The position numbers were made by a program, and so were the translations under genes. Under the pieces are notes generated by a model that was not told where the DNA came from, did no database searches, and saw only the letters and a list, made by a program, of their open reading frames with translations. Source: Octopus vulgaris (Eukaryota). From it: a stretch of 64,000 nt of DNA. Positions 1 through 14,492 of this stretch are shown here, one piece after another. Location of the stretch: positions 46,438,001 through 46,502,000 of the forward strand of contig OX597821.1 in assembly GCA_951406725.2 (NCBI GenBank), given 5' to 3'. Position 1 is the stretch's first letter. The number at the start of each line of letters is the position of its first letter.

Positions 1-119
1 GCGGTCATGATGGAGCACCACGGTGATCGATTTGATTTCCTCAGTCTGGGGTGTTTCACATCACCACTCCTGCATGTGCTTTTGTCCCAGCTGTTGACCC
101 ATTTATTGTACAAGGTGGG

Positions 120-310
120 GGGTTGATTCCGCTGCCCTCGTCTGCACATCATGCCAGGCTGTTGGTTCATCCGGTATTGTGTGTGTGGAGAAGGAGGATG
201 TCTAGTTCCTTTTTGAAAACATCTACTTCCACCTTATGCAGATTTTTTTCATTTTTGTGACCAGGCATTGAAAAGCTGTGAGTCTTGGAACCTTAGACTA
301 TTGCAGTACC
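120..310 (-). mobile_element. Decayed LINE 3'-end fragment
   Basis: Minus strand reads QLFNAW..KNLHKVEVDVFKKELDILL, resembling the FN.LP...FK..LD..L C-terminal motif of APE-type LINE ORF2. Confidence 0.45.
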
Positions 311-325
311 TTGTCCTGAATCTAG

Positions 326-418
<93 letters not shown>

Positions 419-430
419 TGAGTGTATATA

Positions 431-629
431 AATTCTATAATTATGAGTATAATTATAATTAGAGTTCAGCAAAATTTGATTTCCCACATACCAAAATTTA
501 GAAATAGCAGTTAAACTACCATTTTACTCCCATAAGAAAATCTCCCAGACAGCAAAACTCAACAACCGGTATGTGGTGAAGCAAATTTGGCTGAACCCTA
601 ATTATAATTATATTCATAATTATAGAATT
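431..629. repeat. Inverted repeat (about 62-bp arms, about 75-bp spacer) of a pLTR-like element
   Basis: 431-492 is about 90% the reverse complement of 568-629. The same family occurs at about 14620-14840, downstream of the HHR at 14493. Confidence 0.8.
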
Positions 630-743
630 ATTGTGTAAGTTAACCGATAATGGTTCTTTTAACATACCGAACTACTTGGTAAAATTATTAATTATTAATT
701 AATTAATTAATTAATTTTACCCTTTATTATAATTATTAATTTC

Positions 744-775
<32 letters not shown>

Positions 776-867
776 ATGTGTGTGTGTGTGTGCATACATA
801 CACACACACATATATATATGCATATGCATACATACATACATAGAGAGGCATTCAGTCAACAGGTTTT

Positions 868-927
868 GGGATCTAATGATACACTATAATGCTACGCCCT
901 TTATGGTCGTGAAACTAAGGTAATCTC
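868..927 (+). ncRNA. Degenerate type I hammerhead motif (G5A)
   Basis: gggat-CTAATGA-stem II (actataa/ttatggt)-GAAA-ctaagg-TA-atctc. Stem I has 5 bp; one core substitution. Confidence 0.6.
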
Positions 928-1044
928 ATTAAACGGTGTTATCTTACTTTAGGTATAAGAAAATACAGTAGGGTCAGTTAATTATGATTTTATGAATATA
1001 CATCCCCTTCTCAGATTTACACGTTAATTGCAGCGGGGATCTGC

Positions 1045-1308
1045 GACCCGCAGCCTTTCTTTCTGTTGGATACATTATCCAATCCTCATTCAGCACTATG
1101 GACTGACTTAGGAATATACGTAAGGAAGTACACCTTCACGGGAATATGGATAAATCTCCATACCCTCCGGAACATGGACCCGCAGCCTTTCTTTCTGTTG
1201 GATACGTTATCCAATCCTCATTCAGCACTATGGACTGACTTAGGAATATACGTAAGGAAGTACACCTTCACGGGAATATGGATAAATCTCCATACCCTCC
1301 GGAACATG
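1045..1308. repeat. 132-bp direct tandem duplication (2 copies, 1 mismatch)
   Basis: 1045-1176 = 1177-1308 except tacatt/tacgtt. Explains the repeated peptide in ORF 1066..1326. Confidence 0.95.
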
Positions 1309-1665
1309 GTGGACTATGAGCTATAACGAACCTTGAACTTCATATCTTGCTACACATTTCTCCACATCAAATTCTCTCTACATTACCATATAATTTTTTT
1401 ACTGCCTATATATCCTTTTACTTATATGCTTGCTTTATATATTGTCTCCGAATATGGAAATGTGGATCCTGCTTATGGAAATGTGGATCAACATATTGAT
1501 CCATTAACTGGGATATTCATGAAACGGTTGTAAGACATTATTATTTCTATTTTTGCTTACTTCGCTTCCGCATTAAACTAACTTAAATGAACTGACAAGC
1601 TTGTCCAACCACGATTTAGTTATCCTCTTCCCTAAATTATACACACATACACACACACATATATT

Positions 1666-1703
<38 letters not shown>

Positions 1704-2372
1704 CAGGGGTTGGACAAAATAATGGCATCATAATTTTGAAATATCTATAAAGCCGTCAAAAGCTTGTTTATTTTTTGTTTTTTGATTTATTGTTGCTTAA
1801 TACGTTTTGCTAAAATTGCTGTTTTTTTCAGTTATCATCAGAAAAAGGTAATTAAAATTCATTAAAATGAAAAATCTATCGGACTTTCAAAGAGGTCAAA
1901 TTGTTGGTGCTTGTATGACAGGTGCTAGTGTAACGAAAACAGCCAAAATGTTTGGTGTATCAAGAAGTACTATCTCGAAAGTAATGACAGCCTTTAAAGA
2001 AAGAGGGAAACACCTCCTCGTTAAAACAAAACTCTGGAAGAAAACCAAACTTTCAGATAGGGACCGTCCAACTCTTACGCGAATTGTTAGAAAGGATCAT
2101 AAAAGTACAGCTTCCAAAATTATTGCAGAGCTTAATGACCACCTCGAGAACCCAGTTTCCGCAAAAACTGTTCGCCGAGAGCTGCACAAAGCCGGATTTC
2201 ATGGGAGAGCTGCAATCAGAAAACCACTACTTTCAAAAACAAACGTTGCAAAGCGTTTAGAGTGGAGTAAAAACCTACAGAATTGGTCCCTAGAGCAGTG
2301 GAAGAATGTTATTTTCGCGGACGAGGCATCCTTTACCTTATTTCCGACCACCATTATTTTGTCCAATCCCTG
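1704..2372 (+). mobile_element. Tc1-family transposon, internally deleted, both TIRs present
   Basis: TA-CAGGGGTTGGACAAAATAATGG ... CCATTATTTTGTCCAATCCCTG-TA. ORF from 1867 has the paired-like HTH (LSDFQRGQIVGA, TVRRELH..G) and first catalytic motif (WKNVIFADE), then jumps to the right TIR. Confidence 0.92.
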
Positions 2373-2455
2373 TACACACAGACACAGACACAAATACACA
2401 CACACACACACACACCCATACACACAACATACACACACAACACACACACACACAC

Positions 2456-2541
<86 letters not shown>

Positions 2542-2735
2542 ATTGCAGCGTGGAATGTGTTTATAAGCCATTTAAAACACACAAAAACCGTTAGGTTCAC
2601 TTCAATATTTAAATTTAATTTGCCAAAATATTTTACTCGCTTTGAGATCGCGACTAGATCACTGACAAAATTCCCTGTTGCATCGGAGAAAGTAACAGTT
2701 AGTTCATGATATGTGTATGTATGTATGTATGTATG

Positions 2736-2767
<32 letters not shown>

Positions 2768-3093
2768 GGCGCATGGGTCAGTGGTTAGAGCATCGAGCTT
2801 ACGATCGTGAGGTTGTGAGCTTGAATCCTGGAGCGGGCTGCGTGTTGCGTTCTTGAGCAAGACACTTTATTTCACGTTGCTCCAGTTCACTCAGCTGTAG
2901 AAATGAGTTGCGACGTCACGAGTGCCAAGCTGTAACGGCCGTTGTCTTTCCCACATTGCTGGCGTGGAGAGGGGAGGTCGGTATGCATGGGCGACTGCTG
3001 GTCTTCCATAAACAACCTTGACCGGACTTGTGCCTGCGAGGGTAACTTTTTAGGTGCAATCCCATGGCCAGTGTCATGATCGAAGGGAGTCTC
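2768..3093 (+). mobile_element. tRNA(Arg)-like-headed SINE, family A
   Basis: A box (tcagtggttagagc), ACG anticodon-like loop, degenerate B box, central cttgagcaagacactt. Near-identical copy at 11476-11808. Confidence 0.85.
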
Positions 3094-3419
3094 ATGTTTG
3101 TATGTATCTATGCATGTATGTATGTACGTATGTATGTACGTATGTATGTATATATATGTATGTGTACGTGTATGTGCGTGTGCATATGTGTACATGCGTA
3201 TGCTTATACGCATATATATATGTATGTATGCATGTATGTACGTATGTACTTATGTATGTACGTGAGTATTTAGGTAAGTGTGTAGACGTGTCTGTATGTG
3301 TGTACATGTGTATGTACATGTGAACGTGTGTTTAACTACTGATATGTATTTGTTCAAGTTGTATACATGACGGTTATTTTGTTGAAGGTTGTATACACGC
3401 ACACATATATACATATATA

Positions 3420-4096
3420 TTGGGTTGTCCGGAAAGTTCGTGCCGATATTTAACGGAAAGAAAAAGGTCAATAAATACTTGCCATTACATTTTTAATCAA
3501 CCAAATATGAACCATTTTGTTGCACAATGCGTCTCCATCTTTTCTTTAACTTGAAAATACCCTCTTCCCAGAACTGAGGTGTTTTCATAGCAAAGAATTC
3601 ATCCAAGGAATTGAAATTTTTACCATTAAGGCTATTCTGCAGAGACCTAAAAAAGTGGAAATCTGAAGGAGTAATATTTGGTGAATATGGAGGATGGGGT
3701 AACACATCCCAGCCGAGCTGCAGCAATTTTTGTCTGGTTCCCAAAGAAACGTGCGGTTTTGCATTATCATGTTGGAAAACAACACCCTTTATCTTTCGGA
3801 TAAAGAAACATAACCGTAAACTGCGCATATTTCTTTGGTTGCTTGTGAGGCATTTTTCCCTTTACGGAAAAAGAAAAGCATCGAGTGCCGAAAATGAACT
3901 TTCTTATCTTCCATTTTAAAGGTTTACAGCATTAACACAGGTTATAGGAACATAAACCTTCTTTCACGAAAAGATAGCTTAAACTGTGCTCTAAACGGAG
4001 GTGTAGTCAAATCCTATTTTATGGACTCAACCATGCTCTGAAATAAGTCGAAAGGTAAGCTACTATAAATTGGCACGAACTTTCCGGACAACTCAC
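3420..4096 (-). mobile_element. mariner transposon, internally deleted
   Basis: TIRs tgggttgtccggaaagttcgtgcc / ggcacgaactttccggacaactca. ORF 3493..3828 has QHDNAKPH and HPPYSPNITPSDF. Confidence 0.92.
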
Positions 4097-4159
4097 ACAC
4101 AAACATATATATATATGTGTGTGTGTGTGTACGTTTGTCCCTCTCACTACCGTCTACCG

Positions 4160-4470
4160 GTGAATGGAAACGACATGCTGTACTGCTTGGCATTCACGCC
4201 GGAAGCTCCAATACGAACATTTCAGAGTGTTTGGGTGTCAATGTGAGGACAGTGGAATCTGAAGACATGTACCGAGAGTGATAAAAATCAAACATCCAGT
4301 TAACATCATGGTGTTTCGAGTGATTAATAGTGATGTCGACGTTATGCCTCCATTCATCTTCTCACACGGCCTCAAACTTAACACTGTGTCTGGAGGAGGT
4401 AGTGCTCTCCTAGGCCAAGACGATGGCTGCTGGAAGACCGTTTGTCTGAAAACAGGACCCTGCATCACTT
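4160..4470 (+). mobile_element. Tc1/mariner-superfamily (maT-like) fragment
   Basis: KHPVNIMVF..I.SD.DVMPPFIF..GL motif. Same family as 26690-27330. Confidence 0.7.
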
Positions 4471-4607
4471 CAGCTTATCTACTGTAGCTTCTAAACTGAA
4501 GTGAAGGTAGCATGTTCTTTGTCTATCTCCTTAACTTCTTGGAGATTTTAAGCAAAATTATACTAATGTGTCCATCTGTTTTAATTTAATTAAATTCTAT
4601 GCCTTTG

Positions 4608-4663
4608 TGCAGCTGGGGATTACTCTGCATTTAAATGGAGTTGCGTGAAACGATCGTACTGCA
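4608..4663 (+). ncRNA. Degenerate type I hammerhead motif (A6G)
   Basis: tgcag-CTGGGGA-...actc/gagt...-GAAA-cgatcg-TA-ctgca. Perfect 5-bp stem I and palindromic stem III ACGATCGT. Confidence 0.7.
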
Positions 4664-4820
4664 TTGCCTCTGGATATCCCTGTTGCTTATTTTGAGTTTA
4701 ATCAACTTATTTTGAAATTGTATGAAAAATACCGTACTAAATTTTGGTGCGTCAACTTAAGTACCATATTCATCTGAATCTAAAATTTTAATGAACTCTT
4801 CTACCATGCCCAAACGATAT

Positions 4821-4868
<48 letters not shown>

Positions 4869-4919
4869 GATATAGATCTATAGATATACATACATATGTA
4901 CATACATACATTCATACAT

Positions 4920-5165
4920 ACAGCAAGCTTCTACTTCTTTCACATTCCTCTACAAGATCCACTCACTTGGTCAGCCCGAGGCTATAGTCAAAGACACTCA
5001 CCCATGTTGTCACGTGGTTGAACTGAACTCAGAACGATGTAGTTGGGAAGCGAACGTCTTGCCACTCTTTTACTTGTTTCTAATAGTGTCACTTTTGCGA
5101 AAATACGGGGTACATAAACACACCAACACCGGTTGTCAAGTGCTGGTGGCGGACAAACACAAGAA
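4920..5165 (-). mobile_element. SINE family B, degenerate and rearranged
   Basis: Pieces match the copies at 29983, 32740 and 59780 (ggtcagcccgaggctatag, acaccaacaccggttgtcaag). Confidence 0.65.
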
Positions 5166-5274
5166 AGAACACACATATATGTATGTATATATATATGTAT
5201 ATATGTATGTATGTGTATATATATATATATGTATATGAATGTAAGTATATATATATATATATATATACACATAA

Positions 5275-5324
<50 letters not shown>

Positions 5325-5397
5325 ATGTATATATACAGTAGTATCGTTGCTTTCGAACAACTCTGATCACGAATAAATCGTGCTGTATATATATCTA

Positions 5398-5528
<131 letters not shown>

Positions 5529-5536
5529 GTCTATAC

Positions 5537-5580
<44 letters not shown>

Positions 5581-5779
5581 CAAGATTTATTCGTAATCAG
5601 AGTTGAGCTGTTCGAGAATCGAGGTCTGCGTATACTCTTACTCTTTTATATATATATATATATATATATAAAATACGATATGGGACAAGAACGCAAAACA
5701 TCCAGACAGGTGATACAAAAAGGTTCAGCAAAACATCTATATAGACAATACAAAGAAAACAAAAACTATTAATAATCCT

Positions 5780-7100
5780 TGGTTAGCATTTATAAATATT
5801 TTGATACGTCGTTGAGCGCGTTTCCAGAAATCACACATTTCTTAAGTTCATAGTCCATATTCCTTGGATGACTATGTGTATATATATATATGTACAGTCC
5901 ACAGTATTGATGGAAATCGGGTAGATCATGTTCATGCATTCATTTTTTCGGGCGATATGGCATTAACGGATGTTTAACTAAAATTTGCGTATGAATTTTG
6001 ACTAACGAATAGTTTGATTGGGTTATGTTTGCATATCTGTGTGTATTTGGTAGGGAAAAATAAAAAGTGATGGAAAGAGAATAAGGAATGGTAGTTAAAA
6101 GGAGGTGGAGGTGTATGTGGCGAATTATTTTGATATTTGAATATGCAGATGACAGGATGGCCACTATGGTTTGACCGTAGCGACGCAGGTGCAGCCATCC
6201 AAGTGTTGGAGTTCATTGTCTGATTTAACTAATGATGTTATCTTAAAATATCCTTTTAATTACTTTTGCTGTTGTAATGGTATAGCATATAAGATAAGAA
6301 AATTGTGGTTATTTTGTTTAGTTGTTTATGTTCTCTTGTTCTATTATATGCTAAAAGCACTTAGTGTTTTTCGGTTTCAAAATGTGGGGTTTTTTTCGAA
6401 TTTTAGCTATGATGCCTTGCTTTTATGCTTACATAATGTTCTATTGTATGGTGCAACATTTTTTATAGTAGACCTGTGGGTCCGATGCTCCACTCCATTC
6501 TGTTTAAGCTTCCAGATGAGGTAAGAAAGTAATGTGGAATGCTTTTTTGTTTACATTAGAAAATGGCATACGATGGTTGCACAGACGATTTTTCATGGTG
6601 ACACCGGTAATACCAATGTACACGTATTTCTGTGTACCCACATTCACCTCACATTTATAAACCACATTCTTTATCATACAGTTGCTGTTAAATCTTCATT
6701 CCTCTTTTCGTCTGAAGTTACATGTCATATTATCTTGTCTGATTCTGTAAGTTATTACTGGTGGTCACATTTGTTCTTCCTCTTGTAATCGTGTGCGCAT
6801 TTTCCGTATGCATGGATTGGACTGCCACTTGTGTGGTCTTGTTTGGAACCGTTTTTGTTATTGATGAGCTTTTATTATTCCTATTTGCAACTATTCCATC
6901 GTCATTTATTATGTTACAAGCTGCGGTTTTTCCGTATGCTACCCACCCTAGTTTTATCCTATTGAGTTTGTATTATTTAGTTTATGTATATAGTATTCTA
7001 GAGATGGCATCATTAGGCTGTAGCTGGCATAATAGAAAAGGAGCTTGTCTGTGTATATTCAGAACGTTTCCGGTAAACGAACTTAAAGGATGTAAATATA
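5780..7100 (-). mobile_element. Penelope-like element remnant (GIY-YIG region and 3' pLTR)
   Basis: Minus strand near 6440-6640 reads KYVYIGITGVTMKNRLCNH..KHSTLLSYLIWKLK. 5810-5870 is homologous to 37210-37270. Confidence 0.75.
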
Positions 7101-7636
7101 TATATATATAATTTAATTCCAAAAGAGTTAGAGCTTGTTAATCCAGCCAAGGATAATATCTGTCCAATATACTGCTGGTAGAAAACCCAATTATTAATAC
7201 ACAAGTGTTTTGTTTTTAATAATGTCTAGAATGTCTAAAAGTTGATGAATACCACCTCTTGATCCCCTCCATTTTCTTATTGCTGTATATATATATACAC
7301 ATATATATATGTATATGTAAAAAAACACAAACTGGGACAAGAACGCAAAACATTTAGAAGACGATACAAAAAAACGGACGGGACACCCAATAGAGGGCAT
7401 TAAAACATTCGGACAGATACACGATACAAAGGCGGACAAGAGAAACAACAATTGGAAGGACATAGGGATATATATAAGAATTTGACAAGGGGCAGCACTG
7501 GACATATTTGCTGTGTTTACACCTTTTTACCATAAATGAGAACTTTTTCTCCACAGTAAGTGAAATGAATTTGCCTTTAGCTGAAATATGTCACAAACAT
7601 ATTTTAACTTATGCCTGGTGTGCTAATATTGGTGTG

Positions 7637-7669
<33 letters not shown>

Positions 7670-7879
7670 TGTATGTATGTATGTATGTATGTATGTATGT
7701 ATGTATGTATGTATGTATGTATGTATGTATGTATGTATGTATGTATGTATGTATGTATGTATGTATGTATGTATGTATGTATGTATGTATGTATTTATGT
7801 ATGTATGTATGTATGTATGTATGTATGTATGTATTTATGTATGTATGTATTTATGTATGTATGTATGTATTTATGTATG

Positions 7880-8001
<122 letters not shown>

Positions 8002-8545
8002 GATTCAGATGAATCTAAATATATATACTGAGGCACCAGAATTTAGTCCGGTATCATCCATATACATACACATTCATACATACATACATACATACATACA
8101 TACATACATACATACATACATACATACGTATACACATACATACATACATACATACATACATACATACACATACATACATACATACATACATACATACATA
8201 CATACATACATACATACATACATACGTATACACATACATACATACATACATACATATGTATCTATCTAAGAGATACATGCATGTTTGTATGATAGTTTGT
8301 ATGCACATGTTTATGAACCATATCTAGTAAGTATGGGCTTTGCTTTATGAGTACTTATTTAAAGGCAGCAAAGCAAAGATGGCTACCATCATAATAATAC
8401 AACAGCCACGAGAACGACCACAACAGGAGCAGTAGCAACAGAAATGACAGCAAGGGCAACCAGAGTAACAATAAAAATAAAGCTCTAGCAGAGGTAGCGG
8501 GGTTTGGCGGCGATCTCGAAATATTGCAGTTAAGCAGAAAAGACG

Positions 8546-8597
<52 letters not shown>

Positions 8598-8601
8598 CAC
8601 C

Positions 8602-8642
<41 letters not shown>

Positions 8643-8747
8643 GACGACGACGACGACGACCACCACCACCACCACCACCACCACCACCACCACTACTACT
8701 ACTACTTCTACTACTACCGCTACCACTACCACTACTACTACTATGAG

Positions 8748-8813
<66 letters not shown>

Positions 8814-8823
8814 AACCACCACC

Positions 8824-8900
<77 letters not shown>
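8546..8900. repeat. Compound trinucleotide microsatellite (ACT/ACC/ACG)n
   Basis: Seen directly. Source of the poly-T/V/S ORFs. Confidence 0.95.
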
Positions 8901-9593
8901 CCAATCAACTCTGCTTCCCCAGATCTTTGCTGCCACAACTGCTGCTGCTGATGGTGTTGCTTTCTCTGCTGCTGCCTGCAACTACTGCAACAACAAACGG
9001 TAACTCACCGTGATCCATGGATATGCTAGATATAGCAGCTAAATCTCCACAATATCACACCTTGTTATTTTTATACTGTGATTGATTAAAAGATGAGTAA
9101 TTATGGCTGGAATGCTGTGATTCTACGTTTGTCTGCTTAATTAGGATTGACCCGGGGCTACAACACACAGCAGTTACACGACCGCCGTGTCCAATCTTCC
9201 ACAATCTTTGCTACTTTTATCATTACCAGCAAACCAGCAACAACTACGATATATACACGACGACCATCACCACCAACACCACCATCACCACCACCGCCAC
9301 CGCCAACAACAACAACAATAACAAAGATCCCAGCGAGAACACCTTCACCATCAGACGACATAAAAAAAAAAAAAAAATAACAGAACAATATCCCTTCCTC
9401 CGCAGTTACCCGTCATATTCATAGCCTTCTTCCGTAACTTCTGTCTCCGACTCACCACCATATTTTCCTATTTTATCTAACCAATACTTCTCCGCCCAAC
9501 ACGGCCCCCTTCTTTCCTCTATTCCTCCCCACACCGGCTATCTTGAATTCTTTGTTATCCTTTTTCTTCTCAGTGCACTTTTCTTTCTTTCTT

Positions 9594-9647
<54 letters not shown>

Positions 9648-9741
9648 TTCCTTCCTTCCTTCCTTTCTTTTTTCTTTCTTCCTTTCTTTCTCACTTTCTT
9701 TTCTCTTTCTTTCTTTCTTTCTTTTTTCTTTCTTTCTTTTT

Positions 9742-9797
<56 letters not shown>

Positions 9798-9809
9798 TCC
9801 TTCTCTCTT

Positions 9810-9840
<31 letters not shown>

Positions 9841-10020
9841 AGTCTCTTTTTTTTTGGTTTATTTGGCTTTTTCGTTTTTCTTATTCATTCTTCCCATTTC
9901 TTCTTGCTACTCTCCATCATCACTAACATCGATTTCAGTTTTCACTGACGATTCTTTTCCTTCCCTTTCTTTCTTTCTTTCTTTCTTTCTTCTTTTCTTT
10001 CTTCCTTTCTTTCTCTCTCT

Positions 10021-10061
<41 letters not shown>

Positions 10062-10405
10062 GCTCATACGTATTCGAGGAGCATTCAGTGTTCTCACTCA
10101 CTCACTCACTCACTCACTCATTCATTCACTCACTCATTCACTCACTCACTCACTCACTCACTCACTCACTCACTCACTCACTCACACACTCACTCACTCA
10201 CTCACTCACTCACACACTCACTCACTCATTCACTTATTCATTCAGTCACTCACTCACTCATTCGCTCACTGACTCGCTCAATTAAAATGGGTTTTCAATC
10301 GCATCCTGACTCATCTGTTTAGTCTTTCTGCATTCTTCCTATTGTATTTGCTCTCACGCGAACCACAATCTATCTTTTTCTTCATTTAGCGATACGTACA
10401 TTCAG

Positions 10406-10466
<61 letters not shown>

Positions 10467-10691
10467 TGCATACATAGGCACACACACACACGCATGCATA
10501 CATAGGCACACACACACGCATGCATACATAGGCACACACACACATACATACATACACACATATGTATATATGTTTATCATTTATGTGTGTATGTGTGTAT
10601 ATGCACACACACATGCACACATCACTCTTTTCATTCAGCCAAAAACGCGCTTCATACGCGTGCACATTCTATGTTTTATTTAGCCATACAC

Positions 10692-10775
<84 letters not shown>

Positions 10776-10949
10776 TCACACACACACTAACACGCACATA
10801 TTTCCCACTCATCGATTCCTTCATACACTCGCACACGGAACACACTTATCCTATTCCTTTTCTTCTCATCCCTTTTCTATACTAGACACTCACCGCACTA
10901 TTTACTACAACCAGCTAACATTATCTTCTCTACTTCCCCGTTTTCCCTG

Positions 10950-11007
<58 letters not shown>

Positions 11008-11475
11008 TCTCTCTGTCACTACCTCTGTTTGTCTCTCTCTGCCTGTCTCCCCTCTATTTTCACCCTAACAATCGCCTCTCTTTTCAATTTTTTTTAACCT
11101 TCACACTTACTTTCTCTTTGATTCTGTTCATCTGTCCTCTGCACACACACATACACACAAACACACACACATGTATGTATGTATGTATGTATATATGTAT
11201 GTATGTATTTGTTTATGTATGTATATATAAACACATACACACACGCACTCTCATAGAAGGCGGGATATACAGAAAAATTTAAATTCTTTTAACGGTTGTT
11301 ATAATAGAAATAATATAAGTAGCGGGATGGATTACATTCACAATAATCATAATAGTTAGCATAAAATGAAGAACACAGCTAACAAAAAAAAAAAAAAAAA
11401 AAAAATAATAATAAAAGACAGTAGGAAGAGTTAAAAATAGGAAGTCTGTGCAATTAGAATATACCAACAGAGTCG

Positions 11476-11808
11476 GAGACCCCCTTCGGTCACGACACAG
11501 ACCATGGGATTGCACCTAGAAAGTTACCCTCCTAGACACAAGTCCGGGCGAGGTTGTTTATGGAAGACCAGCAGTCGCCCATGCATACCGGCATCCCCTC
11601 TCCACGCCACCAGTGTTATCCAAGGGAAAGACAAAGGTCGATACAGCTTGGCACCAGTGACGTCGCAACTCATTTCTACAGCTGAGTGAACTGGAGCAAC
11701 GTGAAATAAAGTGCCTTGCTCAAGAACACAACACGCAGCCCGGTCCGGGATTCGAGCTCACAACCTCACGATCGTAAGCTCGACGCTCTAACCACTGAGC
11801 CATGCGCC
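11476..11808 (-). mobile_element. SINE family A, full length, with 7-bp TSD
   Basis: Reverse complement of 2768-3093. Flanked by acagagt at 11467-11473 and 11812-11818. Confidence 0.9.
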
Positions 11809-11899
11809 TTCACAGAGTACCTAGAAACAAAAAGAAGTACAAATTTATTTGAATATATGCCGAATAAAGTACAAAGTGGACCTACTAAGATATGAATGG

Positions 11900-13050
11900 A
11901 CCTACTAAGAGGTCCCATTCAGATAGGGTAGATAAACAATACATAAACTCTATGAATATCAATATGCAAATAATTGACAAATATAATAACAAACAAAGCT
12001 AATGCCGTAATACGAACCAGATAAATAGTAGATTATACACTTTTACAAAAAGCTTAGGTAGAAATAAAAATACACACCTCAGTAACATGGATAATTTCTA
12101 GCTATATCGAATGGTATATAATTCCCTTCAGAAAACAAATAATTTCCAGTATACCAAAATTGTTTTAATCAGCATTGACTAAACATTTTCCAAAAGACAG
12201 TAAATACTATAGAATTTTTAATAAACACAGTTTTAGATTAACCTTCTGTAATAGCAAAATTCTAGCACAAATTATGGCAGCACACAGCGTTAATAAATTT
12301 AACAGTTCTTTATGAACAATAGCAATTATAGTAACCAGAATTATAATTATAAATCAATAAATAGCAACAATGTCCAGATGAGCGAACAAACCATAAGTAA
12401 CACAACTAAGGATCGGGATAGGAACTATGGTTTGACAACCAATAAAACTGAAGAGACCCGAGGGAACGCCACAATTAACCTGGAAGTACGTGTGAATCCT
12501 AAAAAGCAAAGTACTCAGAATGTTGTCTATTTGGGAAAGACTAATAGCTTAGACAGGAAAATATAGAATTCACATCAAGAGTATGTGAAGTGGATACTTG
12601 TAATAGAAGTAGTAGAACTATTAAATGCGATTGTGCAAGGCACAGGGTCTGTCCACTTAACTTTATGTGTAGGCATAAAAATTTCGTATACAGATGTAAG
12701 ATTACCTCAGAGAGTAGTGAGTATTTCTATATAGGAGCTAGCTCATGTTATATTAAGCAGAGAATTGCCAATCATTTAAGTTCGTTTAGAAATAGGGACA
12801 AAATAAATACTACCAACCTTAGTAGGCTAATTTGGGAAGTAAAAGATAGTAACAAAGTATTTTCGATTGCTTGGGAAATAATTAGTAAAGCAAAACCCTA
12901 TAGAATAGCGATAATAGATGTAATATTTATGTTGGAGGAATATTCCAAATTTTCACTTCTAAATTTACTCTTATAAACACTAGACAGGAACAGGCTAGAG
13001 ATGTCCACTCTGGGAAAAATATACGTTTAAACGATTTAAAGAAATATAAC
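11900..13050 (+). mobile_element. Penelope-like element remnant with GIY-YIG endonuclease
   Basis: ORF 12590..12976: CDC..CPL..C...FVYRC..EYFYIG....KQRIANH..SF...LS..IW. Upstream W..PF/FPK..KY..IFN remnants. Confidence 0.85.
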
Positions 13051-13344
13051 TTACCATCTATAATACCTTAAACTAGTTAAAATAACGATTGTGATATTTA
13101 TGCAAATAATGCAAATAAATATAATATAAATAAATACTAATACTAATAAATATAATATAGCAATTAATGATATTTATGCAAATAATACTAATAAATATAA
13201 TTATAATAATAATAATAATAACAATAACATTAATTGAGGGTAAAACCCCAAAATAAATGAAATACCTCTGAATAAATAATATACTCCATACAGTAAAATG
13301 CAAACAAAACTGCTACAATTAATTGTAATATAAATAAACATTTT

Positions 13345-13716
13345 CAAACCACGATTCAACTGTTATACCTACACTCGCCTCCTTATGAGAGCTCAAAATC
13401 TCTCGTGGAAGCGCCATCCAACCAAAATGCAAATATATGGGAAACTACCACCTGTGTCATCTCTTGTGAAAGGTAAGAGAGTCCAGTTTGCTGGACATTG
13501 TTGTAGAGCTGAAAAAGAGGTAATTTCTACTCTTCTCCTCTGGAAGCCATCTACTCGCAATACCAGAGGGCGCACACTCTCCTACCCTGATGTAATCTCC
13601 AGGGATACAGGCATCCAGCAACAGGACCTCCGTAATGCCATTATGGATCGTGAAGTCTGGCGTAGCATGGTAAATTCCATTGTCTCGACCACGGTCGACC
13701 AATGATGATGATGATG
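13345..13716 (+). mobile_element. RTE-clade LINE 3' end, 5'-truncated
   Basis: ORF 13385..13705 with RLL...LSW, QFAGHC.R, DREVWR, followed by a (TGA)n tail. Confidence 0.85.
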
Positions 13717-14492
13717 TAATACCAGTAGAGGTGATTATAAGACCAGAATTCTACTTGATTTAAAAGGTAATGCTATAACCTTCAACTGAATACCAACGCA
13801 GGAAGCTTGTTTGAATTAGTTCACTTTGAAAACGTCGTAGGTGATAGACCTTTTATGAAATTGCAACGGCTACGATGCATAATTGCATATAGAGCAATGT
13901 GCAGTTGCTGCAATAAAAACACATGCTGGTCATTGTTATATATGCTGTAGAAAACTTTTTATTAAAAAAGTTTTGGATGTGAATAAATTTCCATTCTCCT
14001 CTTAATTTTCAATTATACACGCACATAAAAAGTAAGAACACAAATGGGTTGTGGTTCACTACAGCTGTTTCAGGTGTTTTTTGTTATTTATTGGTGAACG
14101 AATGAATTACAGCAGGAAGTAAACGGTTTTCTACAAGCGAATAAAAGCATAAATTCAAAATTTAGCTTTTACGATTTGGCTCACAATGAATATATTTGTG
14201 CCTCCCTCATCTCGGTGATAATCAGAGAGTGAATTTACAGATCAAAGCTAGATAATGGGTTATAAACCTGTCAACAAACTAGGCGATGAGTATATTGATC
14301 TGTTCATGTGTATGTGTATGCGAGTGGTAAAACAAGTCCGTATATCCATGAATATATGCGTGAGTGGTCATATATACCTCATTCGTACTTTTGAATTTGT
14401 TAGTACTGCAGTTGAAGATGGTTTGTCTGAGATTACTCATATCAGACGGGTATGTTCGATTTTTAATGCTTTCAAATCCAAATTAAGAAATG

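Noticed and set aside
8355-9003. Poly-Thr/Val/Ser ORFs resembling a mucin
   Set aside because: Pure trinucleotide microsatellite, open on both strands, with no signal peptide or splice context.
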